NCBI GenBank assembly: GCA_024679065.1 | Contig: JAGIQG010000004.1 | Span: forward strand, 54,870,001 to 54,934,000 | Reading direction: 5' to 3' | DNA from: Sphyrna mokarran | Lineage: Eukaryota | Length of the DNA stretch: 64,000 nt | Part shown: piece by piece, positions 1 to 12,357 of the stretch | Position numbering within the stretch: the stretch's first letter is position 1 | Layout of the letters: every line of letters begins with the position of its first letter | Translations under genes and position numbers: made by a program | Notes under the pieces: generated by a model | Seen by the model: only the letters and a program-made list of their open reading frames with translations | Told to the model about the DNA's origin: nothing | Databases searched by the model: none

Positions 1-999
1 TTGATTTGAAACTTGGTACTGGCCTGTTTCTAATCATTTTATGTGGCAGTAATGAACTGAACATCAGATCAAATGTAAACTGAGCCATTTACAAAGCGAG
101 TGTTATGGTTTAAGCGTTCACTATAGAGACAATAAATAATTATCTGGATACTATTTCAATTAGCAGCGAAAGAAATTGAAGTAGCTCTCGTCCAAAGCCC
201 TGTTCATAAAATCAAAGCCAGATGTGTTTTCACCGGTATGGCTGAAAGCAAATGTAATAACGTTACATCAACTCAAACACAGTTGAAAAAAAAATGAGCA
301 GCACGACAACACTGCGTTTTGAAAATCACTGTCTCCTTGCCACCGCCTATAAAACTTTTAATTCTGCAACGGTGTTATTATCTAAAAAAAAATAAACGCG
401 GGCAAATAAATCGACCCACCCATGGTAGAAGAAAATTAATGAATTTATATTCTTATCCTGACCCCAGCTATGTTGACCTGCTCAATCGAAAAAACTGCTG
501 GCATCAATTGCTGTTTAGATGAGAACATCGAATTCCAAAGCCAATTCAGCAAATGCACAATTACATAAACCAAGTACTTTCTGGAAAGTAAAAGCAAGAA
601 CAGGAAGGTCAAAGTCACCATCAACTTTCTGAGTTGTTCGTAGTTACTCGCAATATATTTAAATATTTTATTATCTCTGCCGAGGTAAAAAAAAAATCCG
701 GTATAAAACTTTACAGTCAAGAAGATATAACAAGTTCCCAATGGAAAATGCAGGTGAATATTATAAATTGCCAAACAACAATTATAATTGCAGCGAATAA
801 AACTAGAGTGCAATCTTATAAAGTACATTAATTAACAGTTGAATTAAATACATTTTGTTTCGTAGGAAGGTTCGCATACAGGAACATACGGCACAGGAAC
901 AGACCATTCTATTCTTCGAGCCTGCCGCGCCATTTAATGAGATTATGGCTGATCATTCCTTTCAAGGTAATTTTTTCGCACAATCCCCATATTCTTAAA

Positions 1000-1137
1000 G
1001 ACACAGAGGCAAAATACTGCGGACGCTTGAATCTGGAACAAAAGCAGAAAATGCGGAGGTACCTCAGAACGTTTGGGAACATCTTTGGAGAGAAAATAGA
1101 GCTAAGATTTCGACTCTGCATAACCCTTCGTCAGGGC
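1000..1137 (-). mobile_element. Penelope-like-derived short repeat end with a hammerhead-like core
   Basis: Minus strand reads CTGACGA-agggttatgcagagtc-GAAA. The adjacent aaaacagaaaatgc... tract recurs at 33720-33940 and 55660-55810. Confidence 0.45.
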
Positions 1138-1959
1138 TCAAATATTCCTTAATAACTTCGCTGTTTAGGAATCTTTTGGTCTCTGTTTTAAGCAGACTCA
1201 GTGACGGCAGAGTCCTCCGGGGCAGAACATTCTAAAGATTTGTCACGCTCTGAGTGAAGAAATCACTCCTCATTTTAGCCCTAAAATGCCTATCCTGATT
1301 ATGAAGCAGCATATTCTACTCCTGTCAGCGGGCATCACCTTCACGAATACTACCCACCCTCACAAGCGAAAATCATCATTAATATTAGTAATTAAGTAAA
1401 GAACGGACTTGCATATGGGTAGGATCTATATTTACTTTTTACTTATTTCATCTTGTACGCAATAGTTTTGAAATTAGACCAAAATAATAAACATGCAGCC
1501 AAAGATTCCAGCAATTTCTACACATTTTCATACAGAAGTGTAATGAGCAAATGATGAGTAGTGAACTTCCGTTGTGGGTTTTGCATATCAACTGGACATG
1601 CCCGACACATTAAAGTGAGTTGCCTCCGACGCAGAATATCTGGAACAATTACACTAATATTGTACTCACGAAACAATTTTTTTATAATCTTGCACGTCCC
1701 GAACAGATGCCGGACCAGGGAATTTTCACTATAACTTAATTGCCGTGTTAACGTAAGACTACTTGTGACACTAAAAAGTGAACTAAAAAATTTCTTAATA
1801 TATAAATGCCACTTAATTTACATATAGTTCAGGAAAACTTAATCATTTCTCATGTTTGCTATATACTGCTCTCTAATTGGTAAAGATTCATTATTGTTTA
1901 TAACTGGGTAGATTGATACACAGAAATAGCTTAGAATGGTATAGTTGATCTTTGCTTTT

Positions 1960-3010
1960 TAAGAGCAACACAGCACGGGAAACAGGCCCTTCGGCCCAAC
2001 GAGCCCGCGCCGCCGTCATAACTATATAGTAGCAATTCCATTATCTTATTATAGATTTAGGTTATTCCTAATATGGAAGACTCTCACTATAGGGACAATT
2101 TGTTTCCCAATCAGCCTAAGAGCGAATTTTTGGGTTGTGGGAGGAAACCGGAGTGCCCGGAGAAAACCCACGCAACCACGGGGAGAACGCGCAAACTCCC
2201 GCAGACACCGGCCCAATTCCAAGTGTCTGCACAGCCACATCGATAGTCTCTGAGCTGTCATGGTGCCCTTCAGATGGTCCACATAAAGCACTCATTTACG
2301 ACATGAGGTACCAGGCAACCCATGAATCAACATCCAAGAGCTGTACCCGCACCACCTGCCGAATGCATGCTCAATGTTGGTCAAGTATGGACCGAATTAC
2401 CTGTGGAAAAAGAGCCGTAGTTAAACAGTCCTACTATATCCCTCTATCTGCATACCGCTCATGTGGCTGTCCAAGAGATCCTTAAACAGCCCCAGCGTGC
2501 CTGCTCCCACCACCTTACTCGGCAGTGCATTCCACACCCCCACTACCCTTTGTGTGAAAAACTGCCCTCTAATATTCGTCTTATACATAGCCCCCCTCAC
2601 CCTATGGCCATGACCCCTCGTCCTATCCATTTCTAAAGGTGGAAAAAGTTTACCTCCATTTACTCTATCTATACCCCTTATAATCTTATACACCTCTATG
2701 AGATCCCCTCTAAGCCGACGTCTTTCAAGGGAAAACAACCCCAGTCTATCTAATCGTTCCTCATAAGACAGTCCTTCCATACCAGGCAGCATCCTGGTAA
2801 ACCTCCTCTGCACTCTCTCCAAGGACTCCACATCCTTCCGATAGTACGGCGACCAGAACTGGACGCAGTATTCCAAGTGAGGCCCAACCAACGTTCTATA
2901 CAACTGCAACATCAAACTCCTACTCTTGTATTCTATACCCTTTTCTATGAAAGCTAACATACTATACGCCTTCTTTACCAGCTTCTCCACCTGTGAGGAC
3001 ACCTTCAGAG
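1960..3010 (-). mobile_element. 5'-truncated CR1 LINE (ORF2 C-terminus) with a SINE-containing 3' UTR
   Basis: ORF 2421..3002 has CR1 C-terminal motifs (HLEYCVQFWSP, LERRRLRGDLIEVYK, FFTQRVVGVWNALP). It is followed by a spacer, a V-SINE-like body and a gggccgaagggcctgtttcc tail. The insertion is absent from the paralogous flank near 29940. Confidence 0.9.
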
Positions 3011-4139
3011 ACTTCTATGCCTTCCTCAACTCTATTCCACGATTGAGCATCTAAATTAAAATCCTACCTACTTCATAACAGCTCATGTCCCATTTGCGTC
3101 GTTTCCTTTGTGAGACCCATAACATCGGACCTTAGTGAAAAGCACCAGTTTGAAATACCTGATGCCAATCTTATTGCGATCTTAATGTTGACTGATTGTT
3201 GAAAAATAAAACAAGTGTTTCAGTATTTGACTCAAGCTATGTTTTGTAAAAGTACTGGCACAGTCTACTGATCCGAAAGGCCATTTACCACTTAAACGTT
3301 GAAACTGGTAAATTCGATGTTGAGAAACGTTTCACGACTTGCATTATGTTTCGTGCTCTGAATGAATGTTCTACAGTTTTCCAATTTGCGAATATATCTG
3401 CAAACTAAACAAAAGAAAGGAGAAGTGCTTTTTGTCTATCAACCTGTCTATCAAAATGACAGGTTACAAAATAATTCAGTGGTAGAAATGAATAGGTAAA
3501 GATAAAGATGGGCGGTCTAAAAATATTTTACTCAAAGCCAACTAGCGAAATGTTCTACTGCTTTTATGGGACCTATGTTTCTGATATTTTAATTTGAATG
3601 TTGCAAAAGTAAGAAGAGAACTCGCGCAATAACATTTAACCCCCATTCATTCCACTGTGGCGATGCGACAATGTTTCATAATATGACTAAATCTGTTGTG
3701 CCGGGAGATATATGCGTTTACAATTCTTTCGCTTTAGAGTTCTGGTCAGGAAGCCTCAGTTCTCTTCGTGCCATTGTTAATATTAAGTCGTCCGGTAAAA
3801 CTCGATGCCAAGCAGCCATATACTATAACTGGTTGTGAAGAAATACGCCGTAAATCCAATGATATCAGTCACTAGAAACAATAAGCCAATTGCAGTATTC
3901 TGTTCTACTGCGAGAATGGACTTTCGCAAGAGAAGAGTACTCGCAGTCTTGCCACTGAAGTTGTACCACTAACAGAACACTAATCTGTTGTTACCTGATC
4001 AAAGAATTGCAAAAACTGTGGTTGTGTAATGTTTGTGCAACTGACCTCAATCCAACGAATTTTGCTGGAAATATGAGGTGGAGGATTTGAAGTCAGATTT
4101 TAAAATACAACTAGCAACATGATTTGGAAAAGTACTGTT

Positions 4140-5962
4140 CAAAAATGTATCTATCCTTGACTAAAAACCTTTAATGAGGTAGTCTCAACTGCTTCACTGG
4201 ACTGTGAATTCCACAGATCACAACCCTTTGTGTGAACAGGATCCTCCTCAACTCAGTCCTAAATCTGCTTCTCCTTATTTTGGGGCTACGTCGCCCAGTT
4301 CTACTTTCACCCGCCAGTGGAAGCAACTTCCCTGCTTCTGTCTTATCTGTTCCTTTCACAATCTTATATGTTTCTATAAGACCTCCCTTCATTACTCTGA
4401 ATTGCAATGAGTATAGCCCAGACTACTCAATTTTTCCTCATAAGTCAACTCTTTCAACTCCAAAATCAACCTAGTGAATCTCTGCACCCCTTCAGTGCCA
4501 GTATATCCTTTCTCAAGCAAGGAGACCAAAACTGTACACAGTACTCTAGGTATGGCCTCACCAGCAACTGATGCAGCCAAAGCATAACCTCACTGTTTTT
4601 AAACTCGATCCCGCTAACAATGAAGGACAAAATTCAGTTTGCCTTCTTACTTATGTGCTGCACCTGCAAACCCACTCTTGAGATTCCAGCACAAGAACGC
4701 TGAGAATATTGCATTTTTATGATTAAGTAATAGTCCATTTTGCTTTTATTCCTACTAAAATGGCTAATCTCGCATTTACCAATCTTGTACTCCATCTATC
4801 AAATCCTTCTCCACTCACTTAGATTACCTATATCCCTTTGCAAACTTTCAGCGTCCTCTGCATACTTTGCTCTTCCACCTATCTTAGTGTCATCAGCGAA
4901 TTTTGACACGCCATACTTAGTCCCAAGTCCAAATCACCTATATAAATCGCAAACAATTGTGGTCCCAACATTGATGTCTGAGGCAGACCATTAGTCAACA
5001 ACCAGAAAAATAACCATTTATTCCCACCCTTTGCTTTCGTATTGTTAACTAATCCTCTATCCATGTTAATACATTACCCGTAACATTGTGCACATTTATC
5101 TTATGTAACAGTCTTTGGTGCGGCACCTTGCCAAATGCCTTCTTGAAATCCAGATACATCGCATCCACAGGTTCCCCATTGTCCACTGCACACATAATGT
5201 TCTCAACGAATTCCACCAAATTAGTCAATCATTACCTGCCCTTTATGAACCCTTGCTACGTCTTACCAATGCGTCAATTTATATCCAGATATCTTGTTAT
5301 TTCTTCCTTGATGATAGATTCAAACATTTTCTCTTTTACGGAAGTATAGGCCTATAGTTACCTGCTTTTTACCTACTCCATTTTTAAACACTGGTGTCAC
5401 ATTTGCAGTTTTCGAATCTGCAAGTACCACTCCAAAGCCCAGTGAATTTTGCCACTAGTGCATTTGCTATTGCTCCCGCCATTCCTATTAGCACCCTGGG
5501 ATGCATTCCATCAGGACCAGTAAATTTGTCTACTTTTAGCCCCCAACACTACCTCTTTCATGATTATGATAGTTTCTCAGTTCTCACTTGCTAATGCCTT
5601 CCTGTCATCAATTTTTGGCAAGTTATTTGCATCTCCCGTATGAAGACTGACAGAAAATACTTGTTCAATGTCTCAGCCATTTCTTGTTAGTACATCCCCC
5701 TTCTCGTCCTCTAAAAGACCAATGTTTACTTTAGCCATTCTTTTTCTTTTTATATATTTGTAGAAATTTTTGCTATCTGTTTTTTTGTATTCTGAGCTAC
5801 TTTACTCTCATAAACCATCATACTTTTCTTTATAGCTTTTTTCGTGGTTTTCTGCTGATCTTTAAACATTTTCCAATCCTCTGGGTTCCCACTAATCTTT
5901 GCCACTTTGTATGCATTTTTTTTCAATTTGATATCCTTCTTTATTCCCTTAGATATCCATGG
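4140..5962 (-). mobile_element. Degenerate CR1 LINE ORF2 fragment
   Basis: Frameshifted CR1 RT and C-terminal peptides (LIETYKIVKG, GPQLFAIYI, SPWISKGIK). Confidence 0.85.
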
Positions 5963-6881
5963 AGACATGGATATCGGAGGACAGATGTTTGAAGGAACAG
6001 CACAAGATTAGAGATATCTGACGTTTGGAGTGGAAATATCCTACACCTTAACCCTGTTCCCCGATTAACAAAGGTTAGTCTAGCTCAAATGTTGCTCGAA
6101 GCACGACTCATAATATCATGATTCAGGTCGATTAAATCGACACAGAGCAGGAACCTACCATAGGCTGAATATCTGGTCCTTCCTTCGTTAAAGCATCATT
6201 TTTCTTTGCAATCATCTGAATGAGTATCGTTTTCCTCTGCTTCTCCTCGCAGCTCCAGCTATCACCGAACATTTTCGTGAATATTCTTGGCTGCTGGTCT
6301 GAAGACGTGGATTTGGGCCAAAATTTCAGCTCTGGCTAAATGAAGCTAAAATTTGCCTCAGCAATTCTGATGAGCAGGATGATTAACGCAATTTGTTGTT
6401 CCTGAGATTTTTGCGAGAATTCTGGTTGCGCGGGGCTGGTAAAGATTTTGATGGGACTTTACTCAGAGCGCCCAAAGCGGTTTATTCGCTCACTAACACA
6501 GCCTATCCTCTTGCACGAAGACAAACTCTTAGATGAGATGCTACAGAATTGCCCATTCCTGCGGTCTGAATCGGCATTTCGAGGATTGGGAAAATGATCA
6601 ATGATAGGTGTTGACGAAGAAGATTATTAGAACATAGCGATACAGGAGCAGTGAAAAAGCATTGCTTTTCGTACGGAAACTTCGAACGCTTAGGAGGGGA
6701 CGTCCAACTTCCCGGATTCTCACCATTACCGACCACAATATACAACTTTAGCCATGTGATATCTTCTGTCACGGTCACACAATCCGTTTCTTTGTACATG
6801 AAATCGATTTCTTTGCCAAATCATTCAAGGCATCGTTGTTATTTGCTGCGAGTGGCAAACTTTTATTCTTCAATTTACAGC

Positions 6882-6936
6882 ATGTCGCTGAGAACTGCAG
6901 TTCAGTGTATGGTTCCTCTGTGGATGGTCTGGACAG
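6882..6936 (+). CDS. VJ-C1-TM Ig-superfamily receptor gene 1, leader exon (MSLRTAVQCMVPLWMVWT/G)
   Basis: ATG plus 18 codons plus 1 nt, then donor CAG|GTAT (phase 1). Same length as, and homologous to, 33013-33067. Confidence 0.8.
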
Positions 6937-7136
6937 GTATTGTTGTATGTTATATGTTGCCATTCAGAATACATTAATTTCTATTTCGGTACATTCGCAA
7001 AGGCTCTAAGTTATAAATTATAGATACGTTACAGCTCCAATTCGATTGTTGGTGATTCTTAACTGTTCTTGTACATTACTTATATTAGTTTATGTTTTTG
7101 TTTTTGACTCATTCAGTTTATCGCCTTTTTTTATAG

Positions 7137-7442
7137 GTGTGAAAATAACGTGTAGTAAAGTGGATCAGTTTCCTAAACATTTGACGGTTGCCAGGGGTGA
7201 AAATGTTTCCATGTTCTGCACATTTCCTATGCTTGAAAGTGATCCTGAAGTTTCTTGGTGGAAACGGGGCGAGGAATCTATTCTGGAATCAGACAACAGA
7301 AAGAAAATATATCTAAAGAAAGGCAGTAGTTCATTTGAAGTTCTGAATGCGAGTGTTGCAGACTCCGGAATGTACCATTGTTCAGTAAAACATCAACATA
7401 ATAAGATTGGGGATGGAAGTGGCTCCCAGCTCACCGTGTATA
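7137..7442 (+). CDS. Gene 1 V-type domain exon with germline-joined J-like segment
   Basis: Acceptor ttttatag|GT, donor A|GTAAGT, phase 1/1, 306 nt. Motifs VxRGENVSMFC, W, ADSGMYHC, GSGSQLTV. Confidence 0.92.
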
Positions 7443-8756
7443 GTAAGTTTCATTGTACCGGGGGAAAGGGCGCTTTTCAGCTGTATGTGTGATTTATATA
7501 ATTTGAACTTCTATCACTAGATGAAAATCTGGGTAGGTTTTTTGCTGCTGAAATTTCTTTTCTATTGACTCCAGTTTCAACGGTCATGGAATGCCTGTTT
7601 CCCGATTCGCACCACTGCCCAAGATCAATTTCACCTCTCCCTCACTATTCTCGTGACATTCCAAAGTGATTTTATACAACCAGTGCTGTTGGTTCAGTTA
7701 TAATTGTTACTGAAAAATGATACTGAATAAAAGATTGTGTCAGCTCTGAGATTGAGATTATACAATTGGATAAATTGCTTAATTTTCTTGTCATTGAAAT
7801 ATCAGTATCTAAGTACAAAAATGGAACAATTTTAACACGGCCTCTGTCAAATCTTTTGTAAACTATTAATTCATGTCATAGGTCGCACAATTTACCATTG
7901 TTAAAAGCTCGATAATGCTAATCCCTTCTCATTGCTTTCAAAATTTCACGCACCAGCTAACTTTTGAACTTGCTGTTTTATATTGCCAAACTATACTTTT
8001 TAAACTGAATTTTCCAAATTTAATTTGAGAAAGATTCGTAAACATGCGGAGGAAGAGGTTGGTGTTAAGTCAGTCTCATCGAGCTGATGTCTATCCATCA
8101 AAATGTAATTGAATATCAAAGTAACCTAGAGAGATAGAAAGGCCTAATCCTGTTCCTATCTTGGTACTCAACGCTGCATGTTTGTGTCAGTTGATAACCA
8201 TGTTTGAGATGCCAAACGTTCACTGAATATTCCTACAATGAATATCAGAGGGTACGCAGTGATCTTAACCTCAATGTGTCTTTTCAACCAAAGTCCTGGG
8301 ATTATACAGGACAGTGAAGATATCAATTGCCTGTTTTGAGACCCTTTGGCGTCAGCCAGTTGGATTTCTCAAAACCAATCATTCCAAACAGGCTACCACT
8401 GAACCTTCCTGTGTATTTCGGGTGTTTAATATATTTGAATCGGGATTTCTTTTTAAATTCCTCAAACCTGACACGGAAGTTACAACAAGAAAGCAGAGAA
8501 CAATACCCTCATACGCTTGCACAGATAATCTATACCATTACCTATTGCAGTTAAAAAAGAATCTATGGTTTTAAAAGATCCAGGCATTTTGAATCACTAG
8601 AAGTAAACGTTAGCATTATCTTGAAGTTAAAAATTAATGTTTAATATTAGGGTAAATAACGAAAAATTTTCGTAATGAAGCCGGATAAGTTGTGATAGTC
8701 GATCTAGCTGACACAATCAGTTTGAACTTTATATTCATGTGTGGGTTTTATTCAAT

Positions 8757-9015
8757 TACTGGCTGGGCCAGTATTTACTGCCCATCCCGACTCCAGAGGG
8801 AATTTGAGATCAATCGTAGACCAGGTAAGAATGGCAAATTTCTTTCCTGAAAGGAAAGCATGGAACCAGATGGGTCGTTACGCCAATCGGCATTGGTTTC
8901 ATGGTATTTCCAGATATTTATTGAACTCAAATTTCACATCGAACTGTGGGCTTTGAAACCAGGTCCCCAGATCTGGCTCTGGGTCTCTCCAATAATAACA
9001 GCACTGTGCCACCGC
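8757..9015 (-). mobile_element. Degenerate tRNA-derived SINE
   Basis: Reverse strand begins ggcggtggcacagtg, with an A/B-box-like head and a gggcagtaaatactggcccagcc tail. Related to 60235-60572. Confidence 0.55.
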
Positions 9016-9588
9016 CGTTCTGTAAACAACTGTAGTGCAGATTTTAATCCATACATTTATAAGCAACATTTATAATGTCTTTACTGACATGAGAGATATT
9101 TCGGTCATTCATGCTTTTCATAGTCATACGATAATATGCGTGGTAATAAATGAAATAATCGAACATTAACTAATATTGAAGTAATTATGCACAACAATAT
9201 ACGGCAAGTAGATTGTGCGAAAGAAAGAAGGCTTCACTGTTCCATTCTGACTGCGTTCCTCAGTCATCTGCATGCACTTGGAGATGAATTGCATTTGAGC
9301 CATCGCTGCTAAACCCAATACTTTGCCAAGACCTGATGTTTCCTTTCAATGTCGCATGCCTCCATTTCAGCCAACAAAACCGGGAAATTCAGCCCAACTG
9401 TTTACGATACATCCGCATACTCTGCAGTGCGTCGCTAAATTATTTCTAAAATGAATACAAACGCGATGTTTTAGAAATCACAGAGCGAATAACTATTTCC
9501 ACTGTAAGAATGTAACATAACTGATGCGGCATACAAATGCCAATGTGTTCCTTTACATTAATAATTACCTTTTATTTCCTTGTTAAAG

Positions 9589-9885
9589 TTCCCCCAACCC
9601 CCTTGAAGCTCTTTCAGGTTGAAGGGATTTCAGCGACCTCTCTGATGTTCGAATGTAAAACGGCTGCCTTTTACCCAGAGGATTTAAAAATCTCCTGGCG
9701 CAGAGATGGTGTGGAAATTCTCGCCGGAATAGAAACTGTGAGAAACAAGACAGTGGATGGTCTTTTTGAGGTCACCAGTTCTTTGGAAGAAGCACAACCT
9801 GTCCCGAGCCGAATAGTTTATACATGTCTGGCATCTCATATCTCCCTTAAGGTGCCCGCCAGTGTCAGCTATATCGCCATTCAAG
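9589..9885 (+). CDS. Gene 1 C1-set Ig domain exon
   Basis: Acceptor tttccttgttaaag|TT, donor G|GTAAG, phase 1/1, 297 nt. C1 signatures CKTAAFYPEDLKISW, DGLFEVTSSL, YTCLASHISL. Confidence 0.93.
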
Positions 9886-11155
9886 GTAAGATTGGGCACT
9901 TGCAGCAGCGAGCGAGGCGTCCGAACTGTAGCTATTTATTAAACATTTAGCAGGCCAGCTGTTCAAACACCAAGTTGCAGGGTGAGTGTGGACATTCTTT
10001 AATCTCAATGCCACATCAATGGAAATGAATTAAAATATCTAAGGTGGTTTGTAACTGTAGGAGAGGGAATATTTCCCTGAAAACATGCGAAACGGGAGGG
10101 ATATATGAAAGTGCTCAAAACTGAAAGCTTTTCTTTAATCAAATTCTTGCCAAATGAAATGAACATACACATGAAATGGATTAGATTTAGCAGTATCACT
10201 TTGATCGGACAACTCCTGTTTGGATCTTTAGCCAACGATATCGTTCAAGGACCTTTCCTCCATGATCCAGATCTTTTTGACCATTATGAAACTATTTCTC
10301 TTTGATCCAAACACTTAACTTTGGGGGGAAATGTTCTGCCTGGATTTGCATCATTCGTTGAATTCCTTTCCTTAGTTTTTCTCTCAAAATGCAAAGGCAT
10401 AAAAATCTCCTCTGGTTGCAATTTCGGTTGTGCACCTTTACTCCAATAAACAATACCCAATTACAGTTATTAGCATTGTGGGTGCAAACTTTAAAAATGC
10501 AAGTACAGAGTGTTTGGCGCTTGATCCGTGTTCTGATGAAAGTGCATCTGCCATGAAGGAAACGAGCCAAGCTACCAAACTAAATATCAGAATCCGAAAG
10601 CATAACTTTCGTCCTGATGAAGTTAGCCGTGCGGGAAGATCCTAACCTGATCTTCAGCGAGTTAAATTTTGATCGCTGAGGGCGGTGTTGTGTGATCAAG
10701 TTGTACTATCCCACATTATTATAGGTCCAGAGGGGCATTTATTTTTTTCCCTACAAAGCCAAAAATATTTTTAAGCCATTTGTTTGGGGTTTCTTTATTA
10801 TTTTGTCAATACATCTAGTGGGAAGAGCAAGCACACATATTATATCCTAAAATGGACATCAGTGTCCTATTTGAAGAGAAGCCAATTGCCGACAAAATGG
10901 CGCTGGCACCAAGCAACAGGCTGTTTTGGAAGATGGAGTGCATTATGTTAAAGTGTTCACATGGTGCTCAATTTGAGGGACGTTTTTTGATAGTATTTTC
11001 TGTATGGTTGACTTTGGAAATTTAATATCGGTCACAAAGTTTAGAGTAGCAATTTTATGGATCTCTTTGATGTCTAGAAGCCAGTACTGTTTGGTTTCAT
11101 ACAATAATTCATATGTACAGGAAATTTATATGTATATTTTAATCTTGCATTGTAG

Positions 11156-11259
11156 ATAACAGTTTCCAGAACGTGATGATTTCACGACATGTTCTGAGTT
11201 TATTGATAATTCTTGGATTGCTGGGTATAATTGTGGACTATGTAGCATATTTCAATTGA
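11156..11259 (+). CDS. Gene 1 transmembrane exon (DNSFQNVMISRHVLSLLIILGLLGIIVDYVAYFN*)
   Basis: Acceptor ttgcattgtag|AT in phase 1, hydrophobic stretch, TGA at 11257-11259, donor AG|GTAAG at 11262. Colinear with 38193-38298. Confidence 0.85.
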
Positions 11260-12357
11260 AGGTAAGGGGACACCGTTTTAATTGAGCAAACCACGTTCAA
11301 AATATATATGCACAGTTGACACTGGTGGGCTGGAAATGGGAAATGTGCTTTTGTCCGTCGCTTCTCCGGTAATTTAAGGCTCACAAGCAGTGATATTAAA
11401 TTTTCCTAGCAAGTAACTCACAAGATAGAAGGCCACCACTTTTACCTCGGCAATGCTCATACTTAGTGCTGCTAAAAGTCGCAGCGATGAAATGTTGAAT
11501 CTTTTTCCCTTCCAAACCCTGCCGCCTGATCTGCCGAGTTTTTGCCACGTTTTCTGTTTTATATAATATTATATTAGTTTTCGTATTAAATTCAGTTTCA
11601 CGCATGATATGCCAAGTGATAAACACCGAACGTCAGTTTTGAGCGTTGGTTTAGTTTCATCTCCTTTCGTGAAAAAATTTTGGTTTCAACTTTTCACTTG
11701 AGATACTTGAACACAAATCTCCAGCTAGCATTGCAGCGCAGGACTGCTGGAGGTTTGGTCTGTTTTCAACGACTAAAAACGAGACCCTCTGCTCTTTATG
11801 GTGACCGTAAAAGCCTAATTGGTCATTTCGTAACTGAGCATCGTGACCTGGTCAGAAATTCGTTTTCAATCTACTTCGCTAAAATCGATTCATTTTTCAT
11901 TTATTTCAAAAATCTATGTGATTAAGAACGTCCCTTGTTATTTTATTAAGTGCACGTTGCACATCCAGCTAGTGTGAAAGACTGCATATCAATATTGATC
12001 CGTTCTTCTGTTTTGCAAGATTTTCATGTATGATTAGAAAATTCATCATGCAAACGACACTTTCTGGGCACTGTTTTCCATTTTGCGTTAAACTCTGCTA
12101 AAATTATGAGGTTAGGAATCTGGCAGAAGTACTTAATTTCGGAAATATTCTTCTCATGATGAAATTTTCACTACGTTTATATGTATCATTTTATCTATTT
12201 TGCTTCCCTTCTCAAGGCACTGTGTCTAGCTGCGACGCCCACAATCTTCTCGCGCCACCAGATCATTTGGTATTACCATTAAAGCATCACGTTGTTGAAC
12301 TCAGAGTCCTCATTTTTAGATTAGCAGTTTAAATCGAGGCCCTGGAATAAGTATCTG

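Noticed and set aside
6861-6881. Acceptor-like tttacag just before the gene 1 ATG, implying an upstream exon
   Set aside because: Not conserved in gene 2 (tttgcaacATG), so it cannot be supported without transcripts.
7046-7492. ORF-track proteins 7046..7492, 9537..9950, 33085..33696 and 36764..37003 as stand-alone genes
   Set aside because: They are exons plus intron read-through; the splice sites define shorter, phase-compatible exons.
7137-9885. Rearranging Ig/TCR locus or ordinary germline-joined Ig light chain
   Set aside because: No heptamer/nonamer flanks the V and there are no separate D/J segments. C1 has no terminal Cys or stop and splices to a TM exon.
12217-12269. Extra small exon after the gene 1 TM exon
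   Set aside because: Plausible acceptor but weak donor, an in-frame stop after a few codons, and no counterpart seen in gene 2.
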